A stretch of 35,905 bases of DNA from assembly GCA_011620765.1 (NCBI GenBank), contig WOYO01000005.1, positions 1 through 35,905 on the forward strand, read 5' to 3'. The position numbers and the translations under genes were made by a program. This DNA comes from Thermoplasmata archaeon (GTDB taxonomy: Archaea > Thermoplasmatota > UBA186 > UBA287). Of the stretch, positions 7,724 through 18,094 are shown one piece after another; position 1 is the first letter of the stretch, and every line of letters starts with the position of its first letter. The notes under the pieces are model-generated. The model searched no databases and was not told the origin of the DNA. It saw nothing but the letters and a program-made list of their open reading frames with translations.

Positions 7724-9580
7724 CTATTGCTCCAGCGTTGATAGATCACCAGCTTCAGTGCCCACCTCCTTTGCTCTGAGCAACCTTCTCATTATCTTTC
7801 CACTTCTCGTTTTCGGCAAAGATTCAACAAACTCTATCTCCGAAGGCTTTGCTATGGATCCTAGCTCATGGGCCACGTGTTCTATTATTTCCTGCTTGAG
7901 CTCATTAGAAGGCTCAACTCCCTGCTTGAGAACAACAAATGCCTTTATTATGTTACCCTTTAATTCATCAGGTTTTGGTATCACGGCCGCCTCATTCACT
8001 CCAGGATGACTCACTATAGCACTCTCTATCTCCGCAGATCCCAACCTGTAACCTGAGACCTTTATCACATCATCCTCTCTCCCTATTATCTGTATGTAGC
8101 CCTCTTCATCAATCTTTGCGGCATCACCTGTATAATAATAGCCGGGAATTGTTGTCCAGTACTTCTCCCTGTATCTTTCTGGATCATTATAAAGGCCTCT
8201 AAGCATAGAAGGCCATGAAGGTTTAAGTACCAGATGCCCTATCTCCTGAGCCCTCACAGGTTTCCCTTTATCATCGACAACCAAAGATTCTATACCAAAG
8301 AATGGCTTCCCTGCCCAACCAGGTTTCATCTTCATTCCCGGGATAGTCGTTATGGTGTGCATACCCGTCTCTGTCTGCCAGTATGTGTCAACTATAGGGC
8401 ACCTGCCATTTCCCACAACAGTATATAGCCAGTCCCATGCTACAGGGTTTATTGGCTCTCCAACAGTCCCAAGAATTCTGAGAGAGCTTAGGTTATGCCT
8501 CTTTGTCCAAGCATCACCGAAGCGCATGAGCCCCCTTATAGCAGTGGGGGTGGTATAGAAGATCGATACGCCATATCTCTCAATTATAGACCACCACTTG
8601 TCAGGATAGGGGTAGTTAACAGCTCCCTCATAGATTATCTCCGTGGCACCGTTAAGCAGAGGACCATATACCACATAGCTATGCCCTGTTATCCAGCCTG
8701 CATCACCGGTACACCAATATGTATCCTCTTCTTTGAGATCAAAATCAACCTTTGTTGTAATATATGTTCCAACCATATACCCGCCATGAGCATGAACAAC
8801 CCCCTTGGGCTTTCCTGTAGTGCCAGAGGTGTATAGTATGAAAAGGGGGTCTTCAGCATCCATAACCTCAGTTTTTACTTCATTAGCAAGCCTCAGGGCC
8901 ATGAGCTCATGGTACCAGTAATCCCTCCCAGGCTCCATATTAACAATCATCTTTTCTCCTATCCTCCTTACCACTATACAAGCTTCTATAGTTGGGGATC
9001 TGCTAAGAGCCTCATCCGCTATCTTTTTGAGCTCTAGGGTTCTTCCGTGCATGTAACTTCCATCCGCTGTGATGAGTATCTTTGACTGTGAGTCTCTTAT
9101 TCTCTCGCTCAGAGCCTCTACGCTTAACCCACTGTAAACAACGTTGTGCACAGCCCCTATCTTTGCACAGGTAAGCATCGAGATTATCTGCTCAGGTATT
9201 CTTGGTAGGTATATGGTTACCCTATCTCCCTTTCGGACACCAAAGCTCTTAAGCACTGCCGCAAACTTCTCACACTCCTGAGCGAGTTGATAATAACTCA
9301 GTGTTCTGATCTCTCCATTTTCTCCCTCCCATATTATGGCTAGCTTATTCTTTCGCCATGTGGTCGCATTTCTCTCGAGTATGTTATAAGCTATGTTACA
9401 TTTGGCCCCAACAAACCACCTTGCAAATGGTTCATTCCATTCCCAAACCTTATCCCACGGCTCAAACCAATCCAGCTCTCTGGCTATCTTGTCCCAGAAC
9501 TCATCTCTGTTCTCTATGGATTTTTTATACCATTCGTCGTATTCCCTAGGCTCCATAAAATTGGATATAATCCTTGCCAT
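7724..9580 (-). CDS. acs: AMP-forming acetyl-CoA synthetase (acetate-CoA ligase)
   Basis: YTSGTTGKPKG, WCTGDAGWITGHSY, VGEPINP, DTYWQTETG, TGD, GREDDVIKVSGYRLG, LPKTRSGKIMRR. Confidence 0.95.
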   Translation of the reverse strand: MARIISNFMEPREYDEWYKKSIENRDEFWDKIARELDWFEPWDKVWEWNEPFARWFVGAKCNIAYNILERNATTWRKNKLAIIWEGENGEIRTLSYYQLAQECEKFAAVLKSFGVRKGDRVTIYLPRIPEQIISMLTCAKIGAVHNVVYSGLSVEALSERIRDSQSKILITADGSYMHGRTLELKKIADEALSRSPTIEACIVVRRIGEKMIVNMEPGRDYWYHELMALRLANEVKTEVMDAEDPLFILYTSGTTGKPKGVVHAHGGYMVGTYITTKVDFDLKEEDTYWCTGDAGWITGHSYVVYGPLLNGATEIIYEGAVNYPYPDKWWSIIERYGVSIFYTTPTAIRGLMRFGDAWTKRHNLSSLRILGTVGEPINPVAWDWLYTVVGNGRCPIVDTYWQTETGMHTITTIPGMKMKPGWAGKPFFGIESLVVDDKGKPVRAQEIGHLVLKPSWPSMLRGLYNDPERYREKYWTTIPGYYYTGDAAKIDEEGYIQIIGREDDVIKVSGYRLGSAEIESAIVSHPGVNEAAVIPKPDELKGNIIKAFVVLKQGVEPSNELKQEIIEHVAHELGSIAKPSEIEFVESLPKTRSGKIMRRLLRAKEVGTEAGDLSTLEQ

Positions 9581-9707
9581 ATATATTTTTTGTTATATAG
9601 ATATCCTGCAAAAAGTAAATAAAAGTGAATAAATCTAAACTAAAGAGGTTGTGATTATATATATTATATATAGTAAGTTCTATAATAGAGTCCACCCATG
9701 TCCGTTT

Positions 9708-10748
9708 ATGAAAGGTTTGGCAGCACTCATAGCACTTCTGCTTCTCCTGCCACTGAGTGCAGGACTGCAAGAAGAGGAGTTGGAAGGACTAAACATATAC
9801 TTTGGCAATCTACACAGCCACACATCACACTCTGATGGGGAAGGCACTCCGGAAGAAGCATTTGCATTTGCAATGAATGCGGGTTTAGACTTCTATGCAA
9901 TAACAGACCATGCGGAACAGATAAGCGATGAAGAATGGATTAATACAGGGGAGGCTGCAGATGCATTCTACGCTCCTGGAAGTTTCGTAACAATGAGGGG
10001 CTTTGAATGGACATCCCCATTTACAGGTCACATAAATGTCTGGGGCACAGAAGATTTCACAAGCGCAGTAAGAACCCCGAGGCTTGAAGGAATCTACAAA
10101 TGGATAGATGAGCACAACGCTCTCGCGCAATTCAACCACCCTGGAAGAGAGTCTGGACCTTTTGTTGGGGATTTTGATGGTCTTGCATTTGACGGCATAG
10201 CAATAGATAACATGGTCAGCATAGAGACAGGGAATAAGGGCACAGGAAACAATGATGGGGGATATTATAAATACTATCCGCTAGCTCTGCAGAATGGCTG
10301 GATCTCAGGCCCTGCGAACAACTGGGATAACCATGATCTGAAAAGCAACCCCCACAGAACCGCCATAATAGCTAGCGAACTGACAAGAGAGGGACTTTAC
10401 GATGCTCTTGCACAGAAAAGGTTCTATAGCACAGATGACAGCAACATGCGCGTGATATTCAGATGCAATGGTGGATGGATGGGCTCAGAGGTCTATGGAG
10501 ATAAGCTTAATTTTGAGGTTGTGATAGAGGACGATGAGCCTATAATGAGGTTGGAGATCCTCAATGAAAGAGGCGAGGTTGTTATGTGGATGGAAACGGA
10601 GAGCACCCATGTTGAATGGAGGCCTGAGATTGAGACTCAAGGCGGTGCATACTATTTAAGAGTCTTTGAGATGGATACAAATGGTGATGAGCCCGATGCA
10701 CCAGAGGGAATGCAGGTGGCTGTTACAGCTCCTGTGTGGGTGAGATAA
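9708..10748 (+). CDS. Secreted PHP-domain (CehA/McbA-like) metallo-phosphoesterase
   Basis: Signal peptide MKGLAALIALLLLLPLSAG; GNLHSHTSHSDG, ITDH, GFEWT, GHINV, FNHP, DNH; C-terminal beta domain ending TAPVWV. Confidence 0.82.
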   Translation: MKGLAALIALLLLLPLSAGLQEEELEGLNIYFGNLHSHTSHSDGEGTPEEAFAFAMNAGLDFYAITDHAEQISDEEWINTGEAADAFYAPGSFVTMRGFEWTSPFTGHINVWGTEDFTSAVRTPRLEGIYKWIDEHNALAQFNHPGRESGPFVGDFDGLAFDGIAIDNMVSIETGNKGTGNNDGGYYKYYPLALQNGWISGPANNWDNHDLKSNPHRTAIIASELTREGLYDALAQKRFYSTDDSNMRVIFRCNGGWMGSEVYGDKLNFEVVIEDDEPIMRLEILNERGEVVMWMETESTHVEWRPEIETQGGAYYLRVFEMDTNGDEPDAPEGMQVAVTAPVWVR

Positions 10749-11599
10749 TGAAGGGCATAGCTTTTCTGCTGGCCCTCTCTTTCATATCCTTTTCTGGGAT
10801 CTATTCTGAGAACTATGTAGATATAGACAATACGCTGAGGAACAGTGATGAGATAATAGCCATAGCGCATAGAGGGGAGGCAAAGCTTGCCCCAGAGGAC
10901 ACACTGGCTGCTTTCGAGCTTGCTATCAATGAGGGAGCAAAGTCCATAGAGATGGATGTGAGAATGACCGCGGATGAGCATCTCGTTCTTATGCACGATG
11001 ATGATGTGAGCAGGACTACTGATGGAGAAGGAAGGATAAGTGAGATGACTCTGGAGGAAGTAAAGGCTCTGAGAATAAAGCCGAAAGCATGGATGACTGT
11101 TCATGAGCCTCAAGAGATCCCGACACTTGAAGAAGCTCTGCTTTTCATAAAGGGAAGAGCCATAGCAGACCTTGATGTAAAGAGCGCTGACCCTGCTTTG
11201 CTTGTCAGAACAATAGAGAGCGCTGACGCTTTGAATACTGCCTATGTTGATGTTTCAAGCGTTGAGGAAGCTTTGCTCCTCAGAGAAATTAACCCATGGA
11301 TAGCGATACAGGCAGGAGATATAGAAAGCACAGATGAGGCTGCGCAGTACATTGATGCTTTAGGTAGAGTTGAGGTCTTCGAGCTGGAGGAGATCCATCA
11401 GGGGATTAAAGAGACCATAGATTTCTGTCATAAACAGGGTAGCAAGGTGCACATACCGGAGAAGGAGACTCTCTATCTTTTAGGATGGCCTTTGGCGCTT
11501 TCTCTGGGGGTGGATGGGATACAGACAGACAATCTGCAGATGCTGATGCCCTATCTCGAGAGAATTAACAATGGTGCAAGAGTTGAGGAGGTATTTTAG
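10748..11599 (+). CDS. Secreted glycerophosphodiester phosphodiesterase (GDPD family)
   Basis: N-terminal signal/TM; IAHRG, APEDT, IEMDV, VLMHDDDVSRTTDG, IPTLEE, GVDGIQTD; TAATG overlap with the PHP gene. Confidence 0.88.
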   Translation: MKGIAFLLALSFISFSGIYSENYVDIDNTLRNSDEIIAIAHRGEAKLAPEDTLAAFELAINEGAKSIEMDVRMTADEHLVLMHDDDVSRTTDGEGRISEMTLEEVKALRIKPKAWMTVHEPQEIPTLEEALLFIKGRAIADLDVKSADPALLVRTIESADALNTAYVDVSSVEEALLLREINPWIAIQAGDIESTDEAAQYIDALGRVEVFELEEIHQGIKETIDFCHKQGSKVHIPEKETLYLLGWPLALSLGVDGIQTDNLQMLMPYLERINNGARVEEVF

Positions 11600-11633
11600 A
11601 AAAGAAAAATAAGTAAAAAAGAATTTATTGCTT

Positions 11634-12917
11634 ATGTCCATATTCAAGGCATATGACATAAGGGGTATATACCCCGAGGAGATAAATGAAGAGACGGCAG
11701 AGAGATTGGGCAGGGCTATAGCAAAGCATTTCAAAACCACAGTTGTTGCTGGCAGGGACACAAGGATCTCATCTTTGCCCTTATTCAAAAGCTTCGCAAA
11801 GGGCGTTAATGCTGAAGGCTATGATGTTGTTGATATAGGAATAATAGATACGCCAGGACTCTACTTCGCAACAGCACACTATGGCTTCGGATGCGGAGTT
11901 ATGATAACAGCCTCTCACAACCCTAAAGAGTACAATGGATTGAAGATCTGCAGGGAAGCAGCAATACCTGTTGGCTCTGACAGCGGACTTAAGGATATAG
12001 AAGAGATATTTAATGCTGTTTCTACAGGCACAGAAAAAAAAGGAAAGATCATAGAAAAGGACATGCTCGATGATTACGCTGACCATCTCATGCACTTCTA
12101 TAAAGGGAGCAAAAGAAAAGCTTTAGTCGACTGCTCTAATGGCGCTACGGCGAGGATCGTAAAGAAGCTCATTGAAAAGGGCATACCTTTGGAAGTCATA
12201 AATGACGAGATGGATGGAAACTTTCCTGCACATGAGCCTAATCCTTTGAAAGAAGAGAACCTCCAGCAGCTAAAAGATAACATGAACGATGCGGACATAG
12301 GGATATGCTTTGATGGGGATGGCGACAGGGTTGGCGTTGTTTCCAGGCAAGAAACCATAAGAAACGATTTTATAACGGCAGCAATAGCCAAAGATCTGTT
12401 GAAGACTCATAAGGGAGAGACAATTCTCTACGATCTGAGATCAAGCAGGGTGGTGAGAGAGGAGATAGAGAAAGCCGGAGGGAGGGCTGTCATGTGCAGG
12501 GTTGGACATGCGTTCATAAAGAAACAGATGCGCGAAGAGAATGCTCTCTTTGCTGGAGAGCTCTCGGGGCATTTCTATTACAGAGAGAACTACTTCGCGG
12601 ATAGCGGGCCGATAACAATGCTCACACTGCTTGGAATGGAGGACATAGAAACAGGAAGCTTCAAAAGATACTTTCCTAGCGGCGAAATAAATGTTGAGGT
12701 GAAAGATCCTCTAGCAGCTCTAAAGAGGATAGAAGAGAGATTCGCTGGAAAAGGAAGTATCTCTTACCTCGATGGCATAAGCTTTGAGTGTGAAGACTAC
12801 TGGTTCAATGTGAGGGCAAGCAACACAGAGCCTCTGGTGAGAGTAAATGTGGAGTCAGGCAACAAAGATAGAACACAGGCTGTTGTTAGACTTTTACTGG
12901 ATCTGCTGAGGGATTGA
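11634..12917 (+). CDS. manB: Phosphomannomutase/phosphoglucomutase (alpha-D-phosphohexomutase)
   Basis: FKAYDIRG, TASHNP, metal loop DGDGDR, GELSGH, RASNTEP. Confidence 0.92.
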   Translation: MSIFKAYDIRGIYPEEINEETAERLGRAIAKHFKTTVVAGRDTRISSLPLFKSFAKGVNAEGYDVVDIGIIDTPGLYFATAHYGFGCGVMITASHNPKEYNGLKICREAAIPVGSDSGLKDIEEIFNAVSTGTEKKGKIIEKDMLDDYADHLMHFYKGSKRKALVDCSNGATARIVKKLIEKGIPLEVINDEMDGNFPAHEPNPLKEENLQQLKDNMNDADIGICFDGDGDRVGVVSRQETIRNDFITAAIAKDLLKTHKGETILYDLRSSRVVREEIEKAGGRAVMCRVGHAFIKKQMREENALFAGELSGHFYYRENYFADSGPITMLTLLGMEDIETGSFKRYFPSGEINVEVKDPLAALKRIEERFAGKGSISYLDGISFECEDYWFNVRASNTEPLVRVNVESGNKDRTQAVVRLLLDLLRD

Positions 12918-12918
12918 A

Positions 12919-13617
12919 TTGCTAATCAGCATATCCTGCCCTAAGCTTTCTTTTATACCCTTAGATGTGGCTCTGAGAGAGATCGGAGGAAAGTTTGAGG
13001 GCATAGAGATTCTTGCAGAGGAAGAGCACAGCGCAGAAAAGATAAAAAGGATAGAATTGAGATCATCAATACATGCTCCCTTCAACGATCTTAACATTGC
13101 TTCTCTGAAAGAGGAGCACAGGCTCTATTCCATGAATGAAGTAAAGAAGGCAATACTGGCTGCTGAGAGGAAGGGTATGAAGCTTGTCACCTTCCATCCA
13201 GGCTGGCCTTCACCATTTTCAATGGTTGCTAAAGATAGGGTCATAGAAAACGCAAAGAAGAGCATAGAAGAGCTCAATTCATTTGCCTCAGCTCACAGAG
13301 TCACCCTGTGCGCTGAAAATCTACCGAACTTCTTCACAACAGCAGAGGAGCTTCTTGAGGTGACAGATAACATATGCTTCGATGTGGGCCATGCGAACAT
13401 AACAAAAACAATAGACACGTTCTTAGATCACAAGAAGAGCATAAAGAACGTGCACATACATGAGAACAGAGGAGAGTATGATGAGCATCTTGCTGTAAGC
13501 GGAAGATACATAGACATAAAGAGCATCATAAAAGAGCTCGGGAATAAGAACTATGTGATAGAGGTTACCAGCATAGCGGATGGTGAGAGGAGCAGGGATT
13601 TTCTCCTGGGGCTCTAG
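12919..13617 (+). CDS. Sugar phosphate isomerase/epimerase family TIM barrel (xylose isomerase-like/AP endonuclease 2)
   Basis: IHAPFNDLNIAS, FHPG, AEN, FDVGHA, HIHEN, DEH, VIE metal ligands; TTG start 1 nt after the PMM stop. Confidence 0.82.
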   Translation: MLISISCPKLSFIPLDVALREIGGKFEGIEILAEEEHSAEKIKRIELRSSIHAPFNDLNIASLKEEHRLYSMNEVKKAILAAERKGMKLVTFHPGWPSPFSMVAKDRVIENAKKSIEELNSFASAHRVTLCAENLPNFFTTAEELLEVTDNICFDVGHANITKTIDTFLDHKKSIKNVHIHENRGEYDEHLAVSGRYIDIKSIIKELGNKNYVIEVTSIADGERSRDFLLGL

Positions 13618-13620
13618 ATC

Positions 13621-14796
13621 TCAAAGAGAGCTTATGCTGCTATCTATGATCTTTTTTATCTCTGCATCCAGTGCCGGCGGTAGCCCTTTTATGTCAACGC
13701 TCAAAAACCCTCTAACGATAACGCTGGTTGCTTCCTCCTCGCTCAAGCCTCTCGACATGAGGTAGAATATCTCTTCCTCTGCTATCTTTCCTATAGCTGC
13801 TTCATGCGATAGATCAACATCACTTAGCGTTGCTGTCAGCTCCGGAACAGAGTATATCATCCCTTTCTCTCCTAGAATCAAACCCCTGCATTCTAAATGC
13901 CCTTTCACTCCCTCAGCTTTACCAACGATGTCCCCTCTAAGATAGGCATTACCTCCTGTGCTTATTCCCCTCGAGATCATCTCTGTCTTTGCACCCTTGC
14001 CTTCAAGGTGTGCTCTTGAGCCCACATCTATGTTGCTACCCTCCTTTGCAACAACAATTGTGCTGTAGCGCACCGTTGCGTTGTCTTTAACATAGGACAC
14101 GGGATACATCTGGGTGCTCTTTGTCGGCCTCATGTTCACATAGTTGCTCAGAAATGTGCCCTCAACTATGGCTCCGCTTCTGGGCCTGACTGCAACATCT
14201 TCCCCCCAGCTGTGTATCATGGTGAAGCTCAATTTTGCCCCTTTCTTTACATAAAACTCGCTTATCCCTATGTGCAATCCTCTGTTGCTCTTCTCTCCCA
14301 CAGCACATCCTGTGATAATATCAAGCTCCGAGCCCTCTTCTGCTATTATTATGTTGTGCACATTCTGCAGTATGTCCGAGCCTTTCATGTACAAGCATGA
14401 CTGAACAGGAAATCTTGACTTTACTCCTGGCAGAGCCCTTATGAAATAACCCTTTACCGGATGAAGCTGGGAGTATGCGGTATACTTATCCTGATCAACC
14501 TGAACAGCCTTCCACCAGTAGTCCCTGAGCCAATCGTACTTCTCCAGAGCTCTGTTAATACTCATGACCTCTATCCCCTCCTGCAGTGTTTCTTCACGCA
14601 ACACCGAGGAATCAAACTGCATGTATGTGCCGGAACGCCCGCTTTCCTGTATCCCTATGTCCAAAAGTCTCTCTCTATCCCCGGGATCTACACTCGGAGT
14701 TGTGACTGGCTCTTCATAATCCTCTATGTTTATATCCTCACCATATGGTGCTTTCTTGTTTAAAGCTTCTTTTGCCCTTTCATCTACTGTCTGCAT
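13621..14796 (-). CDS. sufB: Fe-S cluster assembly protein SufB/D family (archaeal SmsB type)
   Basis: PVQSCL, QNVHNIIIAEEGS, ITGC, HSW, KGHLECRGL, SHEAAIGKIAEEEIFYLMSRGL; GAGGAG SD before ATG 14796. Confidence 0.9.
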   Translation of the reverse strand: MQTVDERAKEALNKKAPYGEDINIEDYEEPVTTPSVDPGDRERLLDIGIQESGRSGTYMQFDSSVLREETLQEGIEVMSINRALEKYDWLRDYWWKAVQVDQDKYTAYSQLHPVKGYFIRALPGVKSRFPVQSCLYMKGSDILQNVHNIIIAEEGSELDIITGCAVGEKSNRGLHIGISEFYVKKGAKLSFTMIHSWGEDVAVRPRSGAIVEGTFLSNYVNMRPTKSTQMYPVSYVKDNATVRYSTIVVAKEGSNIDVGSRAHLEGKGAKTEMISRGISTGGNAYLRGDIVGKAEGVKGHLECRGLILGEKGMIYSVPELTATLSDVDLSHEAAIGKIAEEEIFYLMSRGLSEEEATSVIVRGFLSVDIKGLPPALDAEIKKIIDSSISSL

Positions 14797-15506
14797 CTTG
14801 CACACTCCTCATATCCATTCTCTTTTATGTTCTCTAAAAGCTCCTGCGGATTGCCCGAGCACACTATAGTCCCATCCAGCATTATGAAACCTCTATCAAC
14901 AAGGACATACTGCATTATTGAGCCTAAATGTGTTATTATTAAACCTGATGCTTTTCTAACTCTGGGCTTTTCTCGCTTTAGCAGCGCGTTCATTGCCTTC
15001 CCTATCAACTCTAAATTCTCAATATCAACACCCGAATCCGGCTCATCAAAGAGAGAGAGATCAGGCTCCATCAAAAGCAGCTGAAGCATCTCACTCCTCT
15101 TCAGCTCACCACCAGAGAAGCCCAGGTTAACATCTCTTTCAAGAAAGTGGGACATATTCAGCTCGGAAGCAACCGATTTTATTCTGTTCTCGTCAGAGTG
15201 TATGTGCTTTAAGAGATCAAGAAGCTTAACCCCGCGCACAGCTGGGGGCTGCTGGAATACCACGCCAATGCCCTGCTTAACCCGCTCATCAGCTGCCATC
15301 TCTGTTATATCCTTACCATTGAAAAATATTGCTCCTCCTGTAACTCTATAATTCGGGTTGCCTGCTATAGCTTGAATGAGCGTTGACTTACCGCTCCCAT
15401 TAGGGCCAAAAAGGACACAGCTCTCTCCATCCTCTATCTTGAGGTTTACTTCCTTCAGTATGCCTTTACCCTCAACCTCTACACTAAGATTCTTTATCTC
15501 AAGCAT
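14784..15506 (-). CDS. sufC: Fe-S cluster assembly ATPase SufC (SmsC type)
   Basis: Walker A GPNGSGKS, FSGGE, DEPDSGVD, IITH; C-terminal GYEECARC (CxxC). Confidence 0.92.
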   Translation of the reverse strand: MLEIKNLSVEVEGKGILKEVNLKIEDGESCVLFGPNGSGKSTLIQAIAGNPNYRVTGGAIFFNGKDITEMAADERVKQGIGVVFQQPPAVRGVKLLDLLKHIHSDENRIKSVASELNMSHFLERDVNLGFSGGELKRSEMLQLLLMEPDLSLFDEPDSGVDIENLELIGKAMNALLKREKPRVRKASGLIITHLGSIMQYVLVDRGFIMLDGTIVCSGNPQELLENIKENGYEECARCRQ

Positions 15507-15562
15507 CGCAAGGTATTGGTTAGAAGGTATTTATCCTTTTTTGCTTACATGTCTGTGAGTTT

Positions 15563-16285
15563 TTAGTCTACAGGCTCGAACTCGCTCTTTTTTGCCCCGC
15601 AGATAGGGCACACCCACGTATCTGGTATCTGTTCAAATGGCGTGCCGGGTGCAACGCCGCTCTCAGGATCTCCTTTTGCAGGGTCATACACATAGCCACA
15701 GACAGTGCATCTATACTTTTTTTGCGCGTTCATTTTTTCAGCCTCCTCACCATTAGCCTTCTCATCCTTTATATAAGTTGGTGCACTCTTTGGTGCCTTA
15801 CCTCCCTTTATCTTATGGTAGTAATCGTAGGTCATTGGCTCTTCATTGCTCATGATATCGCAATCAACAACTTCTCCCACAAATATCGTATGCGTTCCAG
15901 CATCCATTTCATCCATAACCCTCGCTTCTATGTATGCTATGGAATTGTCTAGAACTATCGGTGCTCCTGTTTTTCCATCCTTATAATTTACTCCTTCAAA
16001 CTTGTCTATATCTCTCCCGCTCCTGAAACCAAAACGGCCTACGAACTCCATAGATGTGCTCTTTGAGAGCACAGAGGCGCAGAACACCTTGCTTTTCTCT
16101 ATCATACTATGCGTCAAATTTTCTTTATTCAGAGCAACAGCAATCCTTGGAGGTTCTGAAGTTACCTGGAATAGTGTGTTGGCTATCTGTCCATTCTTTT
16201 TATCTCCATCAAATGTGCTTACCACATAAAGTCCGTAGCTTATCCTGTGCAAAGCTTTTGGATTCATGGTCTTTATTTTTTTCAT
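15563..16285 (-). CDS. hrb: Flavin reductase-rubredoxin fusion (high-molecular-weight rubredoxin, Hrb-like)
   Basis: [39 protein letters not shown]; C-terminal rubredoxin [10 protein letters not shown]...WVCPICG. Confidence 0.88.
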   Translation of the reverse strand: MKKIKTMNPKALHRISYGLYVVSTFDGDKKNGQIANTLFQVTSEPPRIAVALNKENLTHSMIEKSKVFCASVLSKSTSMEFVGRFGFRSGRDIDKFEGVNYKDGKTGAPIVLDNSIAYIEARVMDEMDAGTHTIFVGEVVDCDIMSNEEPMTYDYYHKIKGGKAPKSAPTYIKDEKANGEEAEKMNAQKKYRCTVCGYVYDPAKGDPESGVAPGTPFEQIPDTWVCPICGAKKSEFEPVD

Positions 16286-16917
16286 CGTTTATTTAACTTT
16301 GTCTCAAGGATCTCTTTGCACTCAAAGAGATCCTTTGCACAATAATCTGCCTCTGCGCTCTGAGAAAAAACAAGAACGGTTTTGAAACCTGATGCTTTTG
16401 CCCCTAATATATCCCTCTCCAAGGAGTTGCCCACAAATACTCCAGTGCTTAAATTGCTCTTACGCAGAGCCAGTTCGAATATCCTTCTATCTGGCTTTGC
16501 ATAGCCTGCTTCTTCGCTTGTTGTTATAGAGGAGAAATATCCGCGTATCGGCTTTATCTGAAACTCTATGTACTGCGTATCAGCATCGCTTATCATGCCT
16601 GCGGGAGCAAAAGCCTCCAGGAGCTCAATAGCGCCATCATTTAACCTCACATACTTCTTATGCATTCTGAAGTACTCCTCCAGAAACCAGTTTGTTGGAC
16701 CATTCTTTACCCGGCTAAGGAACCAGTCCTGTGCTATCTCTAAAGTGTTGTACCACCTGCCTCCGGCAACATTTTTCTGCATTGCCTTGTTGTAGCTTGC
16801 CAAAAGCTCTTCAGCATCAAAACCATATCTCTTTTCTATGGCTTTCATAAGCTCTTCATGCGCTCTCTCATCACTCTTTTCATCCATGAGCGTGCCGCCA
16901 AAATCAAAGAATATCAT
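16282..16917 (-). CDS. HAD-superfamily hydrolase, subfamily IA
   Basis: [34 protein letters not shown]; ATGA overlap with hrb. Confidence 0.85.
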   Translation of the reverse strand: MIFFDFGGTLMDEKSDERAHEELMKAIEKRYGFDAEELLASYNKAMQKNVAGGRWYNTLEIAQDWFLSRVKNGPTNWFLEEYFRMHKKYVRLNDGAIELLEAFAPAGMISDADTQYIEFQIKPIRGYFSSITTSEEAGYAKPDRRIFELALRKSNLSTGVFVGNSLERDILGAKASGFKTVLVFSQSAEADYCAKDLFECKEILETKLNKR

Positions 16918-18094
16918 ATTCGCCTCCAGCCAGTATAGAGAGAAAACTTAGAACCTCTTCATGATCCTTAAATAAATATCGAGCTTTCGTCTCCCTCCTC
17001 CCGACAGCTATTGTTATGCCTCTATCCCCTACGGCTTCAAAAGCCGGCTCATCGCTGTTATCATCCCCTATATATATGCAGAGGCACGAGTTTTCAGAGA
17101 GCAGAAACTGAACCACTTTGCCCTTGTTCCATCCTTCATCAGGTCTAAATTCTACAATCTTTTTCCCATACTCTATATGCATATTGTCCAGGTCTAAACC
17201 TTCGAGCATTCTTCTAAACTCATCAAAAAATTCTCCTTCATCGGCGTTCCTGTAGTGAAGCGCTATGCCAAAGGTCTTATCCTCTACCACCACTCCTTTC
17301 GTCTTCATCCCATTGAAGTGCTCATACAATCTTTTTACAGTCTCTCTGTATTGATCAAAGCGCTCTTCAGGTTCCTTTACCCTATAAAACTCGAATCCAT
17401 GATTTGCCACTACAGGTAAATCCAGATCAAGAACGCTTTTTATTGATCTCATAGATCTGCCAGTAACTATGATCACCTCATCCTTCAATCTTTTAAGTAT
17501 CTCCTTACCTTTCTCCCTCAGCACAGCATCCTCTGGGTTTTTTGTTATAGGCACCAGGGTTCCATCGTAGTCCAGCAGCAGCAACCTTTTTTCAGCCCTG
17601 AGCGCTCTTTCAGCCATCGCCAGCTTCTCAAAATCTTTTGCCATGATCTCTCTCTTACCATAAAAAGCCATGGATGGATGGTATGAGATGAAAAAGTGAT
17701 CGACAAATGTGCCATGGTATTTATCTAAGCTCATTTTCCCCAGAAACGATTCTATAGCCGTAGAGCCTAGAAGCGCAATTATCCCTGGCTTCACCATTCT
17801 TATCTCCTCCTTTAACAGAGGCAAGCATCTTGCAATTTCGTCTTTTTTTGGCTTCCTGTTCCCAGGCGGCCTGCATTTGACAACATTTGTTATGTATAAA
17901 CTCTCTCTATCTATTCCTGCCCTCTTCAACAGACCATCAAGCTCTTTCCCTGCTTTTCCCACAAAGGGTATGCCAGAAGCTACCTCTCTTTCTCCCGGAG
18001 CCTCCCCTATCAGCATAACCGGTGCGCGCTCATTCCCGTAGCCATAGACCGCCTTTGAGGCTAGAGGACAGCCATTGCACTCATTTCTCTGCAT
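16904..18094 (-). CDS. Fusion of a family-4 uracil-DNA glycosylase (N-terminal) and a trehalose-6-phosphate phosphatase-like HAD IIB domain (C-terminal)
   Basis: UDG4: CNGC, IGEAPG, PFVG, TNVVKCRPPGNR, C, YHPS. OtsB-like: LDYDGTL, VTGR, NHGFE, EDK..ALHYR, GKKIVEFRP..NKG, IGDDNSDEPAF. Confidence 0.88.
   Translation of the reverse strand: MQRNECNGCPLASKAVYGYGNERAPVMLIGEAPGEREVASGIPFVGKAGKELDGLLKRAGIDRESLYITNVVKCRPPGNRKPKKDEIARCLPLLKEEIRMVKPGIIALLGSTAIESFLGKMSLDKYHGTFVDHFFISYHPSMAFYGKREIMAKDFEKLAMAERALRAEKRLLLLDYDGTLVPITKNPEDAVLREKGKEILKRLKDEVIIVTGRSMRSIKSVLDLDLPVVANHGFEFYRVKEPEERFDQYRETVKRLYEHFNGMKTKGVVVEDKTFGIALHYRNADEGEFFDEFRRMLEGLDLDNMHIEYGKKIVEFRPDEGWNKGKVVQFLLSENSCLCIYIGDDNSDEPAFEAVGDRGITIAVGRRETKARYLFKDHEEVLSFLSILAGGEYDIL

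Noticed and set aside
9581-9707. AT-rich stretch with TATATA runs between acs and the PHP gene
   Set aside because: Consistent with ordinary divergent promoters; no specific site can be singled out.
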